From an uncultured Ignavibacteriales bacterium (GTDB lineage: Bacteria > Bacteroidota > Ignavibacteria > Ignavibacteriales > Ignavibacteriaceae), in contig CALLZX010000305.1 in assembly GCA_937858935.1 (NCBI GenBank), positions 8,208 to 72,207 on the forward strand: a stretch of DNA of 64,000 bases, read 5' to 3'. Position 1 is the stretch's first letter. Each line of letters starts with the position of its first letter. Shown here one piece after another: positions 1-9,417 of the stretch. Made by a program: the position numbers and the translations under genes. The notes below the pieces were generated by a model. The model had not been told where the DNA came from, ran no database searches, and saw nothing but the letters and a program-made list of their open reading frames with translations.

Positions 1-102
1 GTTTTTCTACTAGACTATTATTTTCCAATATGTATTTAGTTTATAATTAATAAGAACGAAGACTTACTTAGTTTGCTCAGCATAAAAGTAATGTTAATTT
101 AT

Positions 103-438
103 CTAACCATTTAAAGCTGACTCAACTGTATCAGCTTTTTCTGCAAATTGAAATAATCCCATTATAGAAAAAGTTTTTTCTATTGTAGGATCTAGGTTTG
201 TAAAAACAAGTTTACCATCCGTTTGATTTAATTTTTCAATTACTTCAATGAGATGAGAGATACCGATAGAGTTAACAACCTTGGAATTTTCAAGATTAAG
301 TATAAGTTTGTTTACATCAGCATGTTTTTCAAACTCTTTAACAATTTTCTCGCCGCCACCGCTATTGATATATCCTTCTGTTTTAATTACTAAAGTTTTA
401 TCGTGTAATTCTGAAATTAAATTAAAATCTGTGCTCAT
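103..438 (-). CDS. STAS-domain anti-sigma-factor antagonist (RsbV/SpoIIAA-like)
   Basis: 111-aa ORF of STAS size and layout. Candidate phospho-serine in 'VVNSIGISHL' (compare the DSSG motif of SpoIIAA). Lies 13 nt downstream of the RsbW-like kinase gene. Confidence 0.75.
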   Translation of the reverse strand: MSTDFNLISELHDKTLVIKTEGYINSGGGEKIVKEFEKHADVNKLILNLENSKVVNSIGISHLIEVIEKLNQTDGKLVFTNLDPTIEKTFSIMGLFQFAEKADTVESALNG

Positions 439-451
439 TAAATTTCTCCGA

Positions 452-868
452 TTAGATTAATTTTTTAATTATTGTAATTCTAGTTCCATTAGGACCTGAT
501 TCAATAATCAGATCATCAGACATTGATTTCATTAGTTTAAGCCCCCATCCACGTTTATGCGTGCTATGAATTTTATCTGCAATTTGTGGATCTTCAACTT
601 TCTCTGGCGCGAAACCCGGACCGTAATCAGTTACTAGTATGATTAACTTTTCCTTACCCATATCAAACTCAACATTGACATATGGTTTGTCATCCCCAGA
701 ATGTTCAAGAGCATTTATTATTGCTTCGGTTACAATTATTTTTGCCTCGCCAATTTTATCATCAGAAATTCCGAAATGTCTGCCCATAATCTGCAAACTT
801 TCAATAGCAACAAGTTCAACATCCGGTATGTTGGGTAGTTTGATTTCTAGTATTACGTTTTCCTTCAT
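452..868 (-). CDS. Anti-sigma regulatory Ser/Thr kinase (RsbW/SpoIIAB-like, HATPase_c)
   Basis: 138 aa. N-box-like '[10 protein letters not shown]', G1 'VTDYGPGF', G2-like 'RGWGLKLM'. Size and position are typical of RsbW. Confidence 0.75.
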   Translation of the reverse strand: MKENVILEIKLPNIPDVELVAIESLQIMGRHFGISDDKIGEAKIIVTEAIINALEHSGDDKPYVNVEFDMGKEKLIILVTDYGPGFAPEKVEDPQIADKIHSTHKRGWGLKLMKSMSDDLIIESGPNGTRITIIKKLI

Positions 869-980
869 TAAAATTCTTTCTTAATGTTTTTGCAATTATT
901 TATTAAAACGGATTAGAACTTTTGGAATATATATATAATTTTTAACATTGTTTAACCTGTGTTATTAAGTTTATCAAAAT

Positions 981-3900
981 TTATTTAATCCTTATCACGA
1001 CAAATGTAATATCATCATCCTGAACCCGGCCATTCATCCAAGCATCGCCGGTTTCTACAAATTTTTCTATTATAATATCTGGTGTGTTTTCTATAATTTC
1101 ACTAAAATGACTTTTTACACGAGAGTAATCAAACATTTCTTCATTAGAATTCATTTGTTCCGGCAATCCATCGGTAAGCAGTAAAATTGTATCGCCGCTT
1201 TTTAATTCTTTTTCCAAAATCTTATATGATGCATTTCTCATTGCTCCTAACGGCATTCCCTGGATAATTATTTCTTCAACTTGATTTGTTTCTTTGTGGT
1301 AATAATAAATAGGCGGCATTCCCGCACTTGAAAGCTGAAGTTTATTGTTTTCTATTTTTAGATAGCTAAATGACATTAAGATTCTGCCAAGTTTAATGTC
1401 CTTAATAACACGACTGCAATGCGACATAAATTCTTTCAGTCCAAGCTTTGATGAATCTGCGGTAAAAAAACCTTTCATTAATGTAACCATAGTTCCGGCT
1501 TGCAAACCATGTCCTGTTGCATCACCGAAAGCGACATTCAGAATTCCATTTTCTTCAACGATAAAATCATAATAATCTCCACCAACTTCAGTTGCGGTAC
1601 GCATAAATGCAGCTATCTCCACATTTGGTAGCTGTGGTAATTCTTTAGGAAGCATGGAAAGCTGCAATTGTCTCGCCTCTTCAAGCTCTTTTGTTTTTCT
1701 TTCATTCTCAACTTCTAAAACGCGCTTCTCTGCTTCCGTTGCTTTGACCCGAAGTTCAGATTCTCTTACTCGTGATTTTTGTTCTCGTCTGTCAATTTCA
1801 AACTTTCTAATACTGTATAATAATCCAATTAACAAAATTCCATAAATTAAATATGCAAGATTTGTTCTCCACCAGGGCGGCTGCACTTGAATAAAAAGAG
1901 TTGTTCCCTCCTCATTCCAAATCCCGTCGTTATTTGATCCAATAACTCTTAGTTTATAATCACCTGGAGAAAGATTTGTAAATGTTATTGTGTGATTGCT
2001 TCCAAGCTGAATCCAATTTTCGTTAAATCCCTCGAGCATATATCGATATTGATTTTCGAAATTGTTATGGAAGCTCAATGCTGCAAAGTCTATTGTTACG
2101 ATATTGTCTTTATAGGTTAGTACTATGCTGTCTCTTTCTGAAATACCTTTTTCAATAATTGGTTTACCTTCTTCATCATCAGTATTATATCGCAGATAAT
2201 TTGTAAAAACGATTGGTGGCAAAAAATTATTTTCTTTTAGATCATCTGGATTAAAAATATTAAGCCCATTTGGTCCGCCAAAAAGAAGTCGCCCAGTTTT
2301 AAAATCTTTTGCATAAGCGTTCTGATTAAACTCATTGCCCTGCAGCCCATCTTCATAATAATAATTTTTAAAGGTTTCTTTTAGTGGGTCAAATTTTGAA
2401 AGACCATTATTTGTACTTAGCCAAAGATTCCCATTATTATCCTCGAGTATTCCATAAACAAAATCATTTGCTAAGCCATCTTTTTCACGATAAGTTTTAA
2501 ACTTTTTTGAATCACGGTAAAAGCGGCACAATCCTTTTGTTGTACCAAACCACATGTTGTTTTTACTGTCTTTAAAAACTCTTATGATATTATCATCACC
2601 CAAACTTGAAGGATCTTTAGGATCATTTTTAAAGTTGGTAAAAGTTTGAGTCCCTTTATCAAAAATATTTACACCACCGCCAAATGTTCCTAACCAAAGT
2701 TTGCCTTCATTATCCTCAGACATTGTCCAAACGCTGTTTGAACTTATTGATGAAATGTTCTTTTCATCATGTTTATAAACAGTAAACTTTCCTGTGCTTT
2801 TATCTAATCTATTTAGACCGCCTCCATAAGTGCCAATCCAAATTATTCCATCACGATCTTCAAGTATCGAATATACACGATTATCAGAAAGAGAATTGGG
2901 ATCAGAAGGGTTATTAACGAATCTTTTAAATATCCCAGATTTCGGATCAAAAGAATTCATTCCGCTGCTGAACGTACCAAGCCATAAAATTCCAGATCTA
3001 TCCTCGGTTATTGCTAACACTGAATTATTTATCAGGCTATTAAAATTGGAGGGATTGTTTGAATAATTTGTAAACGATTTTTTATCATAATTTAACTTGT
3101 CTAACCCACCACTTCTTGTTCCAATCCAATAATTACCTTCTTTGTCTGCATGCATTGCAAGCACGGCATTGTCACTTAGACTATTTTTATTATTTGGATA
3201 ATTATTAAATCGTTCAAATACTTGTGATGAGGGATGGAAATAATTTATTCCGCCAGTATTAGTTCCAACCCAAATTATACCGCTTCTATCTTCATAGATT
3301 GAAAAAATAAAATTATCATTTATACTAGTTGGATCATCCGGATCATTATTAAAATTTACGAATGTATTTGTTGCAGGATTAAACTTAGAAACTCCACCTC
3401 TTACTGTTCCGATCCATAAATTTCCGTGTGAATCTTCGTAAATAGGCCAGACCCAATTATCAGGCAAACTATTTGAATTTTGAGGATCATTACGATAGTG
3501 AGAAAACTTTCCTGTTTTCTCATCAAGCTTATCCAGACCATCAAATGTACCGACCCAAAGATTTCCTTTTTTGTCTCTATAAATAGAATAGACTTTATCA
3601 TTTATTAAACTTGAAGGATCCGTTGGATTGTGTTTATAACGAATTACTTTCCCAGTATTAATATCGACTCTTTCCAGTCCGGTTCCTCTGCTCGCGCCAC
3701 CTTTCCATTGTATACCAGATTGTTCTTGAAGTGCAGCACCTACTGTACTTACTCTTGCACTATTAAAATCAATTTGATCTTTAGAAAATACTTTAAAAGA
3801 TTCCGACACAGGATTATACTTGTGAAAATTTCCACTTTGAGTTTCGATGTAAAGAACACCTGATTTATCTTCAATTATTGAAAAGATGAAATTATCAGTT

Positions 3901-4142
3901 AGGCTAGTAGAATCGTTGGGAATATTTTTGAATATTTTAAATTTATAACCATCATATCGATTGAGTCCATCTTGAGTTCCGAACCACATGAATCCTTTGT
4001 TATCCTGAAAAATACATGTAACAGAACTTTGTGATAAACCATCATCAACATTTAAATGATTAAATCTAATATTTTCCTGAGAGAAAATTTCCGAGGAGAA
4101 TAAAAGGAATGAAAAGATAATAAATTGAATCACCCTGCTCAT
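981..4142 (-). CDS. Sensor PP2C/SpoIIE-family phosphatase with periplasmic two-component-regulator propeller + Y_Y_Y domain (RsbU-like output)
   Basis: 1053 aa. N-terminal signal/TM segment. Many repeats ending in WFGT/WIGT/WVGT/WLGT. Y_Y_Y region 'YRYMLEGFNENW...GDYKLRVIGSNNDGIWN'. TM 'LAYLIYGILLIGLLY'. Coiled coil. PP2C motifs 'GGDYYDF', 'GDATGHGLQAG', 'LLLTDGLPE', 'DDITFVVIRI'. Confidence 0.85.
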   Translation of the reverse strand: MSRVIQFIIFSFLLFSSEIFSQENIRFNHLNVDDGLSQSSVTCIFQDNKGFMWFGTQDGLNRYDGYKFKIFKNIPNDSTSLTDNFIFSIIEDKSGVLYIETQSGNFHKYNPVSESFKVFSKDQIDFNSARVSTVGAALQEQSGIQWKGGASRGTGLERVDINTGKVIRYKHNPTDPSSLINDKVYSIYRDKKGNLWVGTFDGLDKLDEKTGKFSHYRNDPQNSNSLPDNWVWPIYEDSHGNLWIGTVRGGVSKFNPATNTFVNFNNDPDDPTSINDNFIFSIYEDRSGIIWVGTNTGGINYFHPSSQVFERFNNYPNNKNSLSDNAVLAMHADKEGNYWIGTRSGGLDKLNYDKKSFTNYSNNPSNFNSLINNSVLAITEDRSGILWLGTFSSGMNSFDPKSGIFKRFVNNPSDPNSLSDNRVYSILEDRDGIIWIGTYGGGLNRLDKSTGKFTVYKHDEKNISSISSNSVWTMSEDNEGKLWLGTFGGGVNIFDKGTQTFTNFKNDPKDPSSLGDDNIIRVFKDSKNNMWFGTTKGLCRFYRDSKKFKTYREKDGLANDFVYGILEDNNGNLWLSTNNGLSKFDPLKETFKNYYYEDGLQGNEFNQNAYAKDFKTGRLLFGGPNGLNIFNPDDLKENNFLPPIVFTNYLRYNTDDEEGKPIIEKGISERDSIVLTYKDNIVTIDFAALSFHNNFENQYRYMLEGFNENWIQLGSNHTITFTNLSPGDYKLRVIGSNNDGIWNEEGTTLFIQVQPPWWRTNLAYLIYGILLIGLLYSIRKFEIDRREQKSRVRESELRVKATEAEKRVLEVENERKTKELEEARQLQLSMLPKELPQLPNVEIAAFMRTATEVGGDYYDFIVEENGILNVAFGDATGHGLQAGTMVTLMKGFFTADSSKLGLKEFMSHCSRVIKDIKLGRILMSFSYLKIENNKLQLSSAGMPPIYYYHKETNQVEEIIIQGMPLGAMRNASYKILEKELKSGDTILLLTDGLPEQMNSNEEMFDYSRVKSHFSEIIENTPDIIIEKFVETGDAWMNGRVQDDDITFVVIRIK

Positions 4143-4216
4143 GATTTCGCCCTGAAGGTTTGAAATATTATATATAAAAATTAAAGTAAATTGATAGCAA
4201 CATTAATAATGATCAC

Positions 4217-4257
4217 AAAAAAGAACAAGCCCTTGATTTTTAATTAAACCAAGGGCT
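4217..4257 (-). terminator. Rho-independent terminator downstream of the 1530-aa gene
   Basis: Inverted repeat agcccttg (4228-4235) / caagggct (4250-4257), followed on the minus strand by a T-rich run (plus-strand aaaaaagaaca, 4217-4227). Confidence 0.6.
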
Positions 4258-4265
4258 ATAAATAA

Positions 4266-7200
4266 TTATTTCATCAATATCAGTTTTTTTGTTGATGTAT
4301 AAGAACCACTGCTAAATCTGTACAGGTAAACACCACTAGCTAATCCGCCAGCATTCCAATTTATACTATGATATCCGGCTTCCATTTCCTCATCAACTAA
4401 TGTTGTTACCAGATTGCCGAGTATGTCATATATTTTTAACGATACATAATTTTTCTCTGGTATTTGATAATCAATCCTTGTACTCGGATTAAATGGATTT
4501 GGATAATTTTGATCCAATCCAAACTCAGTAGGTAAGGTTATGGAATTAATTAACTCACCTATATCTTTTTTTAGTGTAATTCCAAGCGCTGTTTGTGCAA
4601 ACTTCCAAGCATTAGTTAAGTGATTAAATACATTTTGATAGTTTGCTTTATCAAATTCACGTAAGGCTTTTCCCATTTCTGTTGTTGCGTTACTTAGAAC
4701 TTGATCACAATTAGAAACAACACAATTATCTTCAGCATCCTCTATCGCATATTCAGCAAATATCTTTGAGCCTTCGTATAAAAGTTCAAAAGCATTATAA
4801 ACAGTTTCTGTAGCTGAAGGATTCGTTAATAATTCATTCAGGTAATTTACAGCAACTGTCAGATCAGAATAAAAATGTAAACCATAATTCGATAATCTAT
4901 TGTAATCATATACCCCATTAACTTTAAGGAAGTTACGGCTGCTTAGTGCATTTTGAATAGACCTTACAGCACTATTAACTTTTCCTTTCTCTTTACTGCT
5001 CAAATTCTCTTTAATTGGTGATTGTAAGAGTTTTTGAATTTCAATTAAAGCTTGCTGAATCATTTTATAACCTGAGTTTGCAACAGGCTTTAAATTATCA
5101 TCAATATAAATTGAATGTTGAGCTCTTATGAAAAATTCCTGGTTAACAATTGCATTGTTCGGATCTACAACATCTGTAGCAATGATCAGCATATTATAAC
5201 TTCCAATTAACGTTGGAGTATATTCAAGTTTGTACAAACCTTCACCTAGATCTTCAAAAGCAATTACAGGATAGTTATTTGTGTCTGGTTCATCTGGAAT
5301 TGTTATTCTGGCAACTACTAGAGCACTATCAATAGGATTTCCTTGATTGATAACATGTCCTGAAAATCCTGATCCTTCTCCACCTTCATATAATCTTGCA
5401 TAAAGGACTACTTGTTCGCCAACGAGGTACCGTTCTTTATCAGAATCAACTTCAAGAACTCGGTCGGATTCCTGTGCCATGTAAATATGTACCGGTTCAA
5501 TAGAGTCCGGCGCAACTATTTCATTTACATATCCTGACCATCCGCCAACAATAGGGTTATTAACTCTAAAGAACTTATGAGGTGATCCAACATCAGTTCC
5601 ATCAACTAAGTTGATATCGAACAATGTCACTGGAGTTCCAGGATAAACAAAAAAGTTTGGATCATTGTAATTAGACTCAGTAATTAATTTGGTTACATCA
5701 TTTTTATCATTACCTGGGGCAACTAATTTTAGTCCATATTCACTTCCTTGCCAGTAAAGACCTAATTCTAATGCACCACCTTGCCAGTATAGTCCGTTTT
5801 GCCAGTACAATCCGTTCTGCCAATACAAACCATTTTGCCAGTAAAGACCATTTTGCCAGTACAATCCATTCTGCCAGTACAATCCATTCTGCCAGTAAAG
5901 ACCATTTTCTCCCGTACTACCAATATCAGTACTACTGATTGGATCTGATAAATACGTTACTTGCATACCGAGTAATCGGTACCAGATAACATTCACTACC
6001 AGCGGAATTTCTGTAGATTGATTTATTTCATAATATTCGCCATCAGTTTCATTTGCTACCCAGCCCATCAAGTTTTGACCAAATGAACTTGATTTGAAAC
6101 CAAATGCATTAACTGGATAAGTCGGAAGATTATAACCGGCATCAAGAATAGAGGGAGAAGAAAATTCTTCTCCAGCACTGAATAATACTATTATTTTTTG
6201 TCTCTCAGTTATGCCGTTCATATCGAGTTCGGTTTGTGCCTGACTAAGCCTTTGGGCTAGATTGCCATCTCCACCAGGTTGCATTGCCATAAGAAACGAA
6301 AGTGCACCTTCTCTCGAGAAACCATTCAGGGAATAATCTATTGAGCCTGAATTTACAATTGCAACTCTATCTCCATCTCTGAGCTTATTTACCAATTCCA
6401 AAGCACTGTTTTTTGATGGGCTAAAACCATCATAAACATTTTCTGATATAAAGTTTGCAGAGCCGTCAAAAACCAAAACTATATCAGCTAGTGAATTGTC
6501 AACTGCATTATAGATTGCTTCTATTCCTGCTATATCACCATTAACTCTTGGTGTGTTTACATCATCATATAAAGTTCTTTTCTTTATTTCATTGATGTTT
6601 ATTCTGCCATAAAGTGTTTGATCTTCGTTATGAGCTCCCATTCCAATTCCTAGTGCATAAGCAGGATCGCCAGGATTATATAAATCTTTTAATCCTGTAA
6701 AATGTCCGATTTCGTGTGCAGCAACATTCTGAACATCTAGCATTCCGTCTGAACCGCTTCCTGTTGATGACCAGAAAAAATCTGTATTCTGAGTAACTGA
6801 ATGCGGAACTCCATTAAATGCAATATCAATATCAATGTTTTCACCAGTTAGTACATTGTATCTTACTCTTGTTGATGCAAGAACATTTTCTGGCAATTCA
6901 ATTTCTGCCCATTGCTCAGGAGACATCCATACAATATTATTTACACCATCTGGTTCACCACCCCAGGTTTCATTTATTGAATCTGCAGGAAGATCTCTTC
7001 TTTCATAATCTAGTTGTTCTAAAAGACTATAGGTAGCAAAAGCACTCTGAATCTCTTCAGTGAAAGTAAAATCTTTAGCTGCCACAGAAGGGGCTATAGA
7101 ATATTTTGCTTTACCATTTTTCCAGTGTAATGGAATTCCACCAAGAGTTTTATTTAATAAGTATTTGTGGCCGTCATCCAATAGTGTAATAATTGATGGT

Positions 7201-8858
7201 GAAAATTCAGAAGTATTTCCATTTACGTCAGTTGCTGTCACACTAACTGAATGTCCATTTTCAATATCAACTTCGGCATTTGTAAAATTTGCCTGAAAAT
7301 CTATTCTTCCATTTGCATCAGTTGTAAAAGTTTTTTCGCCAAGAAAATTTTCACCAACTCTAGGATCCAATAAACCTGAAGGTGAGTTAGAAAAAAATTG
7401 TAATTTGAATGTTTGGTTAGGTAGGCTTTCAAGATAGCCAGCTATACTTGTTCCACCACTACCGGAATAAAAATCTGTAAGCACCGGATAATTTTGAAGT
7501 TTGTTGCCTCCTTCATCCAAATCTAAAAGATCATTTTCTGTTATCCCGCTTATTCCAGCAGATGTCCATAAATCAATTCCGGGACCAGAATTTGCATAAA
7601 TAGAATTATTACTTATTGAATTATTTAATCCAGATTTTACTGAAACTCCTGCTAATCCATTATTTGAAATAATATTTTTTCGGATTGAATTATTTCCATT
7701 AGTCTCTAGAACAATCCCTGAACCGGAAAAATTCTTTATTGAAAATCCCTGGACCAAACTTCCACCACCCGAAATTGTTAAACCACTAGCGACACCAGAA
7801 ACAGATCCATCGATTTTAATAAGTGGTGTTCCTGAATACCCTCTCTGGGATGTTGCTTCAAGTGAAACAGGATCAGTTATTGAAGGCAATGGTGTTTGTG
7901 GTGAAATTGTAAAAGGCGAACTTCCGGGGATGTAAAAATAGACTGTTTGTTTTCCTGCAAGTGCGTTAGTTTCTTGTATCGCTGATCTTAATGTAACAGT
8001 ACCCAAATATGTTTTTGCATTACCATTACCAGCAAGTGAATCAGGCTCATCACCAGTTGAGTTAACTATAATAAACGGTAAATTCTTGCTGGGATAAATT
8101 TCGGTTATATCAGTTACCCGTAAATGATTTTTGTACGTAGAAAGATCGTTTAACAATCCGTTATTAATTGATGTAAAAGACCACTGACCGGTTGAATATT
8201 GACTGAGCGAAGATGGAAATGGTTCTGCAGGATTTCCGTTTCCACCTGAACCATTAATATTATTATCACCAAGAGCTATATTAAAAATTCTTACTTCATC
8301 TATTAATCCTTTGAAGGCACCTTCAGAAGATTTGCCTATAAACAATCCTTGACCACCTGTGTATCCATTTGCCAATGTGTATGGAATGCTTTGCGATAGT
8401 AACCCACCATTGTATATTTTTATTGTATTTCCATCATATGATCCAGTTAGTTGAATCCAGGTAAAAGCCGGAAATTCTTCTGTGTTTAAAACAGGGCTGT
8501 TTCCAACAGAGAAATATCCTTTATTATCTTTTACGTATAGGGAAAAAGTAGTTCCACCATCTACTGCACGATAAACGATTGGCATTTTAACACCAGGATT
8601 ATCACCGAGAAGATAAACCCAGGCTTGAACTGTAATCTTATTGTTTGTTGAACCATTATTAAAAAACTTAAATCCGTTTTGATTCGCATCGGTGTTTGCA
8701 GCTCCTTGCGGATAAGCTCCGTCAGTAATATAAACCTGACTGGTTGTTCCGTTAAATAAAAATGCATTATTGTTTGATCCTTGTGCAAAAATTATATTGC
8801 TAAGTAGTATTACTATAATGGAAATATTTAACAAAAAGTATCTTTTATAAATTTTCAT
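4266..8858 (-). CDS. Giant secreted multidomain protein: LamG-like lectin, parallel beta-helix repeats, metzincin-like Zn-protease motif, vWA-like domain, GLYWQN repeat array, helical region, T9SS C-terminal sorting domain
   Basis: 1530 aa with a signal peptide. LamG-like 'GLIDEVRIFNIAL'. PbH1-like 'NNSIRKNIISNNGLAGVSVKSGLNNSISNNSIYAN'. 'AAHEIGHFTGLKD'. vWA-like 'DIVLVFDGSANF...IIVLFSAGEE'. C-terminus 'NYPNPFNPSTRIDYQIP...LKIYDILGNLV...GVYLYRFSSGSYTSTKKLILMK' is typical of the T9SS Por_Secre_tail. Confidence 0.8.
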   Translation of the reverse strand: MKIYKRYFLLNISIIVILLSNIIFAQGSNNNAFLFNGTTSQVYITDGAYPQGAANTDANQNGFKFFNNGSTNNKITVQAWVYLLGDNPGVKMPIVYRAVDGGTTFSLYVKDNKGYFSVGNSPVLNTEEFPAFTWIQLTGSYDGNTIKIYNGGLLSQSIPYTLANGYTGGQGLFIGKSSEGAFKGLIDEVRIFNIALGDNNINGSGGNGNPAEPFPSSLSQYSTGQWSFTSINNGLLNDLSTYKNHLRVTDITEIYPSKNLPFIIVNSTGDEPDSLAGNGNAKTYLGTVTLRSAIQETNALAGKQTVYFYIPGSSPFTISPQTPLPSITDPVSLEATSQRGYSGTPLIKIDGSVSGVASGLTISGGGSLVQGFSIKNFSGSGIVLETNGNNSIRKNIISNNGLAGVSVKSGLNNSISNNSIYANSGPGIDLWTSAGISGITENDLLDLDEGGNKLQNYPVLTDFYSGSGGTSIAGYLESLPNQTFKLQFFSNSPSGLLDPRVGENFLGEKTFTTDANGRIDFQANFTNAEVDIENGHSVSVTATDVNGNTSEFSPSIITLLDDGHKYLLNKTLGGIPLHWKNGKAKYSIAPSVAAKDFTFTEEIQSAFATYSLLEQLDYERRDLPADSINETWGGEPDGVNNIVWMSPEQWAEIELPENVLASTRVRYNVLTGENIDIDIAFNGVPHSVTQNTDFFWSSTGSGSDGMLDVQNVAAHEIGHFTGLKDLYNPGDPAYALGIGMGAHNEDQTLYGRININEIKKRTLYDDVNTPRVNGDIAGIEAIYNAVDNSLADIVLVFDGSANFISENVYDGFSPSKNSALELVNKLRDGDRVAIVNSGSIDYSLNGFSREGALSFLMAMQPGGDGNLAQRLSQAQTELDMNGITERQKIIVLFSAGEEFSSPSILDAGYNLPTYPVNAFGFKSSSFGQNLMGWVANETDGEYYEINQSTEIPLVVNVIWYRLLGMQVTYLSDPISSTDIGSTGENGLYWQNGLYWQNGLYWQNGLYWQNGLYWQNGLYWQNGLYWQGGALELGLYWQGSEYGLKLVAPGNDKNDVTKLITESNYNDPNFFVYPGTPVTLFDINLVDGTDVGSPHKFFRVNNPIVGGWSGYVNEIVAPDSIEPVHIYMAQESDRVLEVDSDKERYLVGEQVVLYARLYEGGEGSGFSGHVINQGNPIDSALVVARITIPDEPDTNNYPVIAFEDLGEGLYKLEYTPTLIGSYNMLIIATDVVDPNNAIVNQEFFIRAQHSIYIDDNLKPVANSGYKMIQQALIEIQKLLQSPIKENLSSKEKGKVNSAVRSIQNALSSRNFLKVNGVYDYNRLSNYGLHFYSDLTVAVNYLNELLTNPSATETVYNAFELLYEGSKIFAEYAIEDAEDNCVVSNCDQVLSNATTEMGKALREFDKANYQNVFNHLTNAWKFAQTALGITLKKDIGELINSITLPTEFGLDQNYPNPFNPSTRIDYQIPEKNYVSLKIYDILGNLVTTLVDEEMEAGYHSINWNAGGLASGVYLYRFSSGSYTSTKKLILMK
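5745..5906 (-). repeat. In-frame 18-bp tandem repeat encoding (NGLYWQ)x7 plus one separated degenerate unit (GLYWQG)
   Basis: Seven contiguous 18-nt units at 5781-5906 all translate to NGLYWQ. An eighth unit at 5745-5762 follows a GGALEL spacer. Confidence 0.95.
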
Positions 8859-8919
8859 ATTTTCCTCAATAAATTTTTATTAAAAACCGTTGGAATTAAA
8901 TAGTTTACAGAATCAGTCC

Positions 8920-9417
8920 TTACTGTCTCTCAACATTGTTTTTAATTTCCTTCTTCATCTCACTTACTTTAATATTTTTTGAAGTAATTTTTTCACCACT
9001 GATTTTATCCTGATACAATGTCACTTTACCGCCATCACCCTCAAAGACTCTCAGGCTCTGATCTATTTCAGATTTTTTTAAGAAGACCAAAACATCCTCA
9101 TCATCTTTAAATGTTGGAATATGACTATATGTTTCGCCGACTGATCCGACTTCCCCACCAAGATGAGTAATTATTACCTTATCTTGATTAGTAGAACCTT
9201 TTAAGAACTCTTCCACTTGAAGGGTTACCTGAGTGTAGATTCTGGATTTTTCAGAATTCCATTGAGATTTTTGATCTACTACTTTCCCGGCAACAATAAT
9301 GTCGGCTCCTTTTGAGAGATATTTAATATCTGATTGGATGGATTGTGAAAGTCCATCAAAATGAATAAAAAATATCATCAAAAATGTAAAGAAGGCAATT
9401 GTGTGGAATAGTTTCAT
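8920..9417 (-). CDS. Hypothetical exported protein
   Basis: 165-aa ORF with a hydrophobic N-terminal signal. AGGAGA Shine-Dalgarno about 9 nt upstream of the ATG. No hairpin before the downstream 1530-aa gene, so probably co-transcribed with it. Confidence 0.5.
   Translation of the reverse strand: MKLFHTIAFFTFLMIFFIHFDGLSQSIQSDIKYLSKGADIIVAGKVVDQKSQWNSEKSRIYTQVTLQVEEFLKGSTNQDKVIITHLGGEVGSVGETYSHIPTFKDDEDVLVFLKKSEIDQSLRVFEGDGGKVTLYQDKISGEKITSKNIKVSEMKKEIKNNVERQ

Noticed and set aside
5745-5906. Regular 18-nt tandem repeat that could be mistaken for a CRISPR-like or non-coding satellite array.
   Set aside because: The units are contiguous with no spacers and far shorter than CRISPR repeats. 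They sit in frame inside a long ORF and translate to a perfect hexapeptide repeat. This is a coding repeat.
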